A stretch of DNA of 64,000 bases from a bacterium (GTDB taxonomy: Bacteria > Electryoneota > RPQS01), in the NCBI GenBank assembly GCA_020846695.1, contig JADLDM010000187.1, positions 1,010-65,009 on the forward strand, written 5' to 3'. Both the position numbers and the translations under genes were made by a program. The number at the start of each line of letters is the position of its first letter. The first letter of the stretch is position 1. This document shows positions 56,441 to 64,000 of this stretch, one piece after another. The notes below the pieces were generated by a model. The model was given only the letters and a program-made list of their open reading frames with translations. It did no database searches and had not been told where the DNA came from.

Positions 56441-59400
56441 CTAATGCGCCGCTTCAGCCGCAGCCTTTTCCGCCGCCGCCAACTCCTTCTCCACCAGTTC
56501 GCCCTTGTGCACCGGCGTGTACTTCGCCAGAAGTGAATAGACCACCGGCACCAGAACCAACGTTAAGAACGTCGAGAACAACATGCCTCCCACGACCGCA
56601 ATTCCGAGGGGCCGTCTTGCCTCCGCTCCCGCGCCCAATCCAATCGCAATAGGAAGAATTCCAAACACCGTCGAAAAAGAAGTCATCAGAATCGGTCTCA
56701 AGCGAATCACGGAAGCTTCGATCACTGATTGTGCAATCTCCCTTCCCCGCGCGCGAAGCTGGTTCGAGAATTCCACAATCAAAATCGCATTCTTCGTCAC
56801 CAGCCCTATCAACATAATCAATCCGATTTGCGAGTAAATGTTCAAAGACTGCCCCAACACAAAAAGCGAAACCAGCGCGCCGAACACCGCCAAGGGAACC
56901 GAAAGCAGAATCGTGAACGGGTGCATGAAGCTCTCAAACTGCGCGGCCAGCACCAGAAAAATGAACACCAACGCGAGAATGAAAAAGTAGTTCAAGCCTG
57001 AACTCGATTCCACAAACTCCCGCGACTGTCCGGCATACTCCGTCTTGATTCCCTTCGGCAGACTCGTCTTGACGATGTTATCCAAATCACCGAGCGCCTG
57101 TCCCAGTGAAACAATCGGAATCAGATTCGCCGTCAGGGTCGCCGAGCGTCTGCGATTGAAGTGATTGAGTTCCTTCGGCCCCGAAGTCTCTTTGATCGTC
57201 ACCACATTCGCAAGCTGCACCAAACCTGACTTGCCGCGCACGTACGCGCCGCGAATAATGTCCGGTGTGTCGCGATCTTCCGAGCGCACCTGAATAATCA
57301 CGTCGTATTGCTTTGTCCCGCGCTTGAAATCACTCACGATTCTTCCGCCCAACAGCGCCTGAAGAGTCGAACCAATATCACTCACGGAAATCCCCATCTC
57401 CGATGCGCGATCGCGATCAATTTCAATACTGAGTTCCGGCTTGTCGAGCTTCAAGTCCGTGTTCACATTGTAAAGATACCCGAGCTTGTTCGCGGCCATG
57501 ACCATCAGACCCATCGCCTGACTAAGCTGCTCATAGCTCTCCGCTTCCAGAACAAACTCCACCGGACTTGAAGAGAATTGTCCCAAGCTCGGCGGATTGA
57601 TCACAAACGCAAGCACTCCCGGAATCGAAAACAGCTGCGGAAACAACTCCTCGATAATCTTCTGCTGAGATTTCTCGCGCTCGTCCGGCGAACCAAGATT
57701 CAGGAATAGAAATCCGTCTGTCACGCGACCCGGTCCCTGAAATCCCAAACCCGTCGCGCTGAACAACCCCTTGCGCTCCGGCAGCGGAAGCAGCATACTC
57801 TCAATCGTGCGCATGTTGCGATCCGTATATGCAAGCGTCGAACCCTCCGGCGCGAGCACAATCCCGAATCCGATACCGCGATCTTCCGTCGGCACCAACT
57901 CGCGAGGCATGAACTTGAAAATCCCCGCGCTGATCACAATCAAGACCACCGACGTGATAATCGTCGCCAATCTGTGCCGAAGTGCGAATCTTAGAATCCG
58001 TTCGTAAGTTCGATTCAGCCAATCAAAGAAGGCATCGAAACTTCTTGAAGCCCAGCCGCCTCCCGTGTGGTGTAGCGGCTTCAAGATGCGCGAACTGAAC
58101 ATCGGCGTCAAGGTCAACGCCACAAATCCCGAAATCGCCACTGCAATCGCAACTGTAAATCCAAATTCGCGGAAGAGTCTTCCCACCGAACCCGTCAAGA
58201 ATGCAACCGGCACAAACACCGCCACCAGCGTAATCGTCGTCGCAATCACCGCAAAAGCAATTTCGCGTGAACCGTCCAGCGCCGCGCGAATTTTGCTCTT
58301 GCCCATCTCCATGTGGCGGAAAATATTTTCCAAAACCACAATCGCATCGTCCACCACCAATCCTATCGCCAGCACAAGCGCTAAGAGCGTCAGAATGTTG
58401 ATCGTGAAACCCGCAAAATAAATCACCGTAAACGTGCCGATAATCGAAACCGGAATCGCCAAAGTCGGAATTATCGTCGCGCGAATACTCTTCATAAATG
58501 CGAGCACCACCAGAATCACCAAACACATCGCAATCAGCAGCGTGTCCGCGACTTCGCTGATCGAATCGCTGATAAACTCCGAGGAGTCATAGGCAATCGC
58601 AAGTTTCATCCCCTCTGGAAGCGTCGCTTGCAAGTCTTCCAGAACATCGCGAACGGCCTTCGCTACATCAAGTGTTGAAGCCTTCGATTGCTTCACAATC
58701 CCGAGCCCGACCGCGGTCTTTCCATTGTAGCGCGCAATCGAGCGCTCGTCTTCCGCGCCAATTTCCACAGTCGCCACGTCCGAAAGCCTGATCACTCCGG
58801 ATTGATTCTGCGCCACAATAATAGAACCAAACTGCTCCGGTGTATTGATCTGCCCACGCGTGCGAACGGAAAATTCTCTTTCGCTCCCCTCAACCCGCCC
58901 GCTCGGAATCTCCGCATTCTCCCGCGCAATCGCTAATTCCACATCGGAAGGAGTCAGCCCACGCGCGGCAAGCCTTTGCGGATCCAGCCACACGCGCATC
59001 GCATAGCGCCGCTCACCGCCGATAAACACCTGCCCCACACCCGGCAAACGCTGCAAGCGCTCCTTCAAAATTAGATCGGCTGCTTCGGTTAACTCCAACC
59101 CGTCGTGCTTCTCGCTGGAAAGTCCGATCCAGACAATCGGCTGCGCGTTCGCGTCAACCTTCTCAACAATCGGATCCTCAATCCCACGCGGCAGAAATCC
59201 CCGACTTCTGGCCACTCGATCGCGCACGTCGTTCGCGGCCTCTTCAACCGGACGGCTCAACTCAAATTCGATGTTGATCACCGAACCCTCTTCGCGACTC
59301 GAAGAGGTCATCGTCTTCACTCCCGAAAGCGTCGCAAATTGCTCTTCGAGAATATCGGTGATCTCCGTCTCCACCACACTCGCGCTCGCGCCGCGATAAA

Positions 59401-59548
59401 GCGTCACCACCGAAACAATCGGCGGATCAATATCGGGATATTCGCGCACCGGCAATCGCTGAAATGAAATCACGCCAAACAGCACGATGGCGAGACTCAT
59501 CACCGTTGCGAAGACCGGACGCTTTATCGAAAGATCAGATAACTTCAT
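56441..59548 (-). CDS. RND efflux permease (AcrB/AcrD/AcrF family)
   Basis: IKRPVFA, IGLVVDDAIVVLEN, GLVTKNAIL and RLRPILMT motifs. Confidence 0.93.
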   Translation of the reverse strand: MKLSDLSIKRPVFATVMSLAIVLFGVISFQRLPVREYPDIDPPIVSVVTLYRGASASVVETEITDILEEQFATLSGVKTMTSSSREEGSVINIEFELSRPVEEAANDVRDRVARSRGFLPRGIEDPIVEKVDANAQPIVWIGLSSEKHDGLELTEAADLILKERLQRLPGVGQVFIGGERRYAMRVWLDPQRLAARGLTPSDVELAIARENAEIPSGRVEGSEREFSVRTRGQINTPEQFGSIIVAQNQSGVIRLSDVATVEIGAEDERSIARYNGKTAVGLGIVKQSKASTLDVAKAVRDVLEDLQATLPEGMKLAIAYDSSEFISDSISEVADTLLIAMCLVILVVLAFMKSIRATIIPTLAIPVSIIGTFTVIYFAGFTINILTLLALVLAIGLVVDDAIVVLENIFRHMEMGKSKIRAALDGSREIAFAVIATTITLVAVFVPVAFLTGSVGRLFREFGFTVAIAVAISGFVALTLTPMFSSRILKPLHHTGGGWASRSFDAFFDWLNRTYERILRFALRHRLATIITSVVLIVISAGIFKFMPRELVPTEDRGIGFGIVLAPEGSTLAYTDRNMRTIESMLLPLPERKGLFSATGLGFQGPGRVTDGFLFLNLGSPDEREKSQQKIIEELFPQLFSIPGVLAFVINPPSLGQFSSSPVEFVLEAESYEQLSQAMGLMVMAANKLGYLYNVNTDLKLDKPELSIEIDRDRASEMGISVSDIGSTLQALLGGRIVSDFKRGTKQYDVIIQVRSEDRDTPDIIRGAYVRGKSGLVQLANVVTIKETSGPKELNHFNRRRSATLTANLIPIVSLGQALGDLDNIVKTSLPKGIKTEYAGQSREFVESSSGLNYFFILALVFIFLVLAAQFESFMHPFTILLSVPLAVFGALVSLFVLGQSLNIYSQIGLIMLIGLVTKNAILIVEFSNQLRARGREIAQSVIEASVIRLRPILMTSFSTVFGILPIAIGLGAGAEARRPLGIAVVGGMLFSTFLTLVLVPVVYSLLAKYTPVHKGELVEKELAAAEKAAAEAAH

Positions 59549-60642
59549 TGCGCCGCTCCGGCTTGTGCCTGCGCTTGCATCGCCTGTTCAATCGCCTTGA
59601 CGGAATCGGCGCTCGAAACCGGAATCACTTTCGCACCGTCAAAAATCTTCTGTTGACCCGCGCGCACAACCAATTGACTCGGATCAACACCGCTGATAAT
59701 CTCCACGCTTCCGCGCGTTCTGCTGCCCAATCTAACCGGCGTGCGTGCAATCGTCGAGTCCGCTTTCACCACAAAGACATAGGGCTGATTCTGTTCAAGA
59801 AACACCGCTTCGCTCGCGATCGTCAAGGCTGCGTCGCGCACCCTTAACGTCACCGCAACATTCGCCGACATGCCGGGACGCAAGAGTCCGCTCGTGTTAT
59901 CCAAGCGCGCCACAATCCCGATGTTCCGCGTCATTGCATCCACCTGCGGCTCCACAACCATCACTTCACCTACAAATTCACTGTCGGGATAGGCCGTGAT
60001 CAGCACCATGACCGGCGCGCCTTCGCGCAAATCGCCCACGTATCGCTCCGGCACCGAAAAGCTCACGCGCAACAGATCCGTTCGCGCGAATTCTGTTATC
60101 GGAGTGCCCGGCTGAACGTAAGCTCCCGGACTCACCTTGCGCGCTCCGGCAACTCCCGAAAATGGCGCGCGAATTTGCGTCTTATCATGCTGTGCTTTTG
60201 CAAAAGCAACATTCGCCTCCGCAACCTTCAGTGCGGCATTCGCTTCATCAAGTTCCTGCTGTGCGCTCGCGCCGCGCTCCACAATCGTCTTCACACGGTT
60301 GTACGTCAGGCGCGCCTGATCGCGCACCGCTGTCGCCCGATCCAATGCCGCGCGAAATTCGCCGTCGTCAAGCTGAGCAATTAGATCGCCGCGACCAAGC
60401 CGCCCGCCTTCATCAAAAGGAATCCGCTCGACGATGCCGCCCATCTCCGCAACAACCGTCACGGCCTCATCCGCTTCCACCGTTCCAATCGTCTGAAAGC
60501 GATCCGACACCTGCTGCATTGTCGCCTGAGTCACTTCCACCGGAGTCGGAGGCATACTCCAACCGCCGCCCCATCCACCACCGAAACACCCGGCCAGCAC
60601 AAGCGCGGCCAGCATCAGAATTACTGCGTGAACTGTCTTCAT
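59545..60642 (-). CDS. RND periplasmic adaptor (membrane fusion lipoprotein)
   Basis: Lipobox LAGC, IRAPFSG and LRPGM motifs; ATGA-coupled to the permease. Confidence 0.9.
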   Translation of the reverse strand: MKTVHAVILMLAALVLAGCFGGGWGGGWSMPPTPVEVTQATMQQVSDRFQTIGTVEADEAVTVVAEMGGIVERIPFDEGGRLGRGDLIAQLDDGEFRAALDRATAVRDQARLTYNRVKTIVERGASAQQELDEANAALKVAEANVAFAKAQHDKTQIRAPFSGVAGARKVSPGAYVQPGTPITEFARTDLLRVSFSVPERYVGDLREGAPVMVLITAYPDSEFVGEVMVVEPQVDAMTRNIGIVARLDNTSGLLRPGMSANVAVTLRVRDAALTIASEAVFLEQNQPYVFVVKADSTIARTPVRLGSRTRGSVEIISGVDPSQLVVRAGQQKIFDGAKVIPVSSADSVKAIEQAMQAQAQAGAAQ

Positions 60643-60773
60643 GTATTTCTTCTCTGGATAGTTTCTCGTCTGAACTAATTATACGAACATCCGTTCAAAT
60701 CCGCAAGGCTGTCAGATGTTGTGTAGTAGCCGATTCTCTACTACGCTCCCCCTTATCCCCAAGCGACACATCC

Positions 60774-60810
60774 TAAAACAGAAGCCCCACGGATTGCTCC
60801 GAGGGGCTTC
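60774..60810 (-). terminator. Intrinsic terminator
   Basis: Minus strand GAAGCCCCTCGGA-GCAA-TCCGTGGGGCTTC-TGTTTT. Confidence 0.78.
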
Positions 60811-60831
60811 ACTGCTGTCAGCTATCGTTTC

Positions 60832-63800
60832 TTACTCCTCTTCAGGCGGATCCTGCATCACAACAACATAGAAGTATTTCTCCGATCCGCTGCTCAAAAC
60901 ATCCTGATCCACAAACATCGGCTCCAAAGTCGTCCCAATTCTGTAGTCCGGATCCAAATCAATATCCGGTTCAGTCAGACGATAGATTTCATAGACCGGC
61001 TCCGTCTCATTCGGAGTCCAATGCAGTTCGATGTGAGGATTCGCATGCCAAATTACAACATCATCAATGAGGCACAAGCCGCAAGTCAGGCGCGACGTGT
61101 ATTCCTTGCACGGAACTCCATTGTAAACCGTCGGAGCAACGTAGAGATAGTAAACGCCCGGCCCCAGACAATTCACGAAACAATTCTTCATCTGGCAGGC
61201 AAGACCGGTCTTGTAGCATACCGTCTGCAAGTTGCAGCCGCCAAGCTCCTTGTAGATCGCCATCTCAAACGGGAATTCCGCGCGAACTCTCCAAATCACC
61301 CTGCGCCAAGTCGTGAGGCTGAACCGATACCAATCCGTGTCGCGCATGCCGCCCATTGCAAAGGACTGCCCGCAAAGTGAACTGCCGCATGTCACCGGAG
61401 TGAAAGACGGAGGAGTCGTAAAACAGCCGCCGTTGTAGAAGTCACCGGCAAGATTCGGACAGGCTTCGCCTTCCGCAGGCCAACTTGGAGGACATTGCAG
61501 CGCACACGGACACTCGCATGTGCGACAGAAGATCGAAAGCACGTAGGGACCAGCCAAACCCGTCGTTGTGCTCACTTGCAAGAGATAAGCCCCCGGCTGC
61601 AAACAACCGGAAACCAATCTGCTGTCCGTACCCACACCGCCGTCATAGTCAAATTCAAGCAGCGTGGAACAGTCGCTTGCATAGAGCGTCAGCGTCGGAT
61701 CGCATCCGCCGCCCGTCGAATAGAATCCAGGTGTATCATTGCCGAAACAATCCACCGCAATACTCTTGCAGCCCGGACCCGGAACATTCACAATGTACCA
61801 ATCCGCATCAAACGGCGACGGAGGAGGACTCTGAACCAACTCACCGCACAACGTATCGCCGCACGTCACCGTCACATTCGCCTGTGCGCAAACATCATTC
61901 ACCGGATCAAAATCCAGATTCGGATACGGACAACTGTCGCCGCACGCGCAGTACTGGCAGCTTGCGAACATCACATACGGCCCGAACGTATTCGCGACTC
62001 CCGTCACACGAGCATAGTAAATACCCGGATCCAAACAGGCGGTCAACATCTGTGCGTCGTTGCCCACTCCCGAATTGTCATCAAAGGCAATCTGATTCGT
62101 ACAGCTCGCATCGTACAATTCCACATAGGAATCGAGCCCCTGCAAGTAACCGAAATAGCCCGGCGTGTCATGCGCGTAAATATCGAGCGTCAACTGCTCA
62201 CACTGCGGCCCAAACACGAAGAACATATACCAGTCTTCATCAGGCGTCGCTCCCGGTGAAATCTCACCGCAAAGCGTGTCGCCGCAAACAAACTCCACAT
62301 TCACCGTTTGGCAATTGTTGTTCGCCGGCTCGAAATCCCGATTCTGATAAGGACACGGTGGAGGACAAGGACACGGCCCGCAACTCAGCGCGAGAATATA
62401 CGGCCCGAGAGTCTGAGCTGCGCCGCCAACGTGAAGATGATAAGTTCCCGGAGTCAAACACCCATACTGCAATAAGGCGTCATTGCCAAATCCGCTGTTG
62501 TTGTCCGCAGCAAGCTGCGTCGTGCAGTTCGCAGACACTAACTCGATCGCCGGATCCAAGCCACCGCCCGCCGGGAACCAGCCCGGAGTATCATTGCCGA
62601 ATACATTCGCCGTTAATCTCATGCACGGGCTGCCGAATGGAATCGTGAACACGTACCAATCGTCATCCGGCGTGCCGTCCGGAGACAGAACAATCTCGCC
62701 GCAAATCGTGTCACCGCACGTCAGCGTCACATTTGTGAACGCGCACGCGTCATTCGCCGGATCAAAATCCAGATCAGGATACGTGCACGGCTGGCCCGTC
62801 GGACAAGGCGCGCAATAAACCGACGCAACATATGGATAGCAAATCGCACCCGTCGGGACCATCGGACGAACATAGAGCCAATAGGTTCCCGGCGGCAAAC
62901 AGGTAACCAAACAAAGCGGAACACACTCCGGAGCATTGCCTTGCGCCCACGGAATCAAATTCACGCAATTCGGATCCGGTGAATAAATCGCCGCAAATAC
63001 GGGGAAGTCCGCCTCTACACACCACACAACCGTATCGCGACTGGTAATCGTCAACTCATAGAAATCGTGATCCGGCAAATCATGATAGAACGAAAAACCA
63101 CATATCGTGTCCCCGCAGGCAACGGGTGTCGCCGACGGAGGAGATGAATAGCAGCCGCCATTATAGTAATCCGTCTGATACATCGGACACGGCTCGCCCT
63201 CAGGTCTTGCGCCCGGAGGACACTCCGGACACGGATCGCATGGATAACACCTCACGCTCGCCGTGTAAGGATCACAATACACATTCGCATAACCCGCACG
63301 AACTGTAAGCCAGTATGTCCCAGCCTGCAAACATACTGAGGCACGCAAGGTGTCGCACTTGACGCCCGCGTCGCCCGCAAGCAAGATCGTACCCACACAG
63401 CCCCCCATCGGCTGCAATATCTCAATGGATGCGGCAATATTCGAGTAAACCAGCCACTCCACGCTGTCCGCCTGAGTCAGGACCAATTCGTAAACATCGT
63501 AGTCGTAGTTCGTCGCCTGCTGCCAAAGCGTCCCGCATACATCGTCCCCGCAATGAATCGGTGTCGTAAACACGCCAACGGGCGTGCAGCCGCCGTTAAA
63601 CAAATCCGGATAATTCGGACACGGCTCGCCCTCCTGCAGAGCAGCAGGATCACACTGAGGACACGGAATACACGGCACGCAATCCAAGGAAACCGTATAA
63701 TCATTATTGATGCAAGTCAAACTCCCCGGAGCGCCCGACGGCGTGATGATGTAGTAATAGGTTCCCGGTTCCAAACAAGCTCCCACACAAAGCGTATCGC

Positions 63801-63999
63801 AAGCCTGGCCAACGGCCGAGCTAAATGCCATGCTTCAACCACCTGTGTATTGGTACCCCGTTACCGTAAAACCAAATTCCGCATAGAAACAAAGCCGGAT
63901 ACTGTCACGCTGCGTCAGCGTAAAATACCACGCATCATGATCCAAAAACGAAGTCGAATTCTCAGACGTCGCGCACCACCGCTCGCCACAGTGAATCGA
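60832..63999 (-). CDS. Large Cys-rich repeat protein (PPC-like modules, terminal FN3-like domain); 5'-partial, in-frame TGA at 63835-63837
   Basis: Repeated CGD..CG..D.D.Y..CL.PGTY modules. The frame upstream of the TGA continues the same repeat (IHCGERWC..DHDAWYFTLTQRDSI). Confidence 0.78.
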
Positions 64000-64000
64000 G

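Noticed and set aside
61485..62648. Long antisense/shadow ORFs (also 19818-20903, 40176-41048, 49198-50115, 50568-51398)
   Set aside because: They lie over well-supported genes, lack family motifs, and are expected in GC-rich coding DNA.
1..64000. Genome-wide reassignment of TAG or TGA to explain the two in-frame stops
   Set aside because: Many recognisable genes end at TAG (10177, 23050, 28004, 30512) or TGA (1214, 4992, 9357, 46568) at the expected C-termini, often overlapping the next start.
1..64000. CRISPR array, tRNA/rRNA, integrase or transposase
   Set aside because: No regularly spaced repeat-spacer series, RNA-gene signature or recombinase motif was seen by eye.

Overview
A 64-kb window from a diderm bacterium (lpxB, T9SS-type C-terminal domains, outer-membrane barrel). 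An FCB-associated candidate lineage is inferred but not proven. Block 1 (1-20.9 kb) is an alpha-glucan utilisation locus with GH13, GH57-like and amylo-1,6-glucosidase enzymes, a MalEFGK-type ABC importer and a large non-catalytic secreted protein. Block 2 (21.4-38.6 kb) is a dense multiheme cytochrome island: 8 cytochromes with about 98 heme-binding motifs by manual count. It combines an Hmc/Hyb-like Fe-S/NrfD module (with an unlisted 41-aa HmcD-like gene), two tandem 17-heme CbcL-like cytochrome c/b fusions, an 18-heme NapC/ImcH-like protein and a four-gene porin-cytochrome operon. Together these look like a complete extracellular electron transfer chain, and a TGTGA-N6-TCACA-type box precedes each unit. 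Block 3 (39-64 kb) holds an NDP-forming acyl-CoA ligase, a CapA-family protein, a two-gene unit behind a poly-G promoter, a response regulator, a methyltransferase, a PHP-GT4 fusion, transporters, lpxB, an RND pair and a Cys-rich repeat protein running off the window. Other signals are an in-frame TGA at a conserved Cys position followed by a SECIS-like hairpin, an in-frame TAG between a signal peptide and a GH57 enzyme, a second terminal domain shared by five exported proteins, palindromic repeats inside gene 5' ends, and a long inverted repeat upstream of the porin-cytochrome operon. No rRNA, tRNA, CRISPR array, integrase or transposase was seen. All family calls are by motif recognition; no database search was run.
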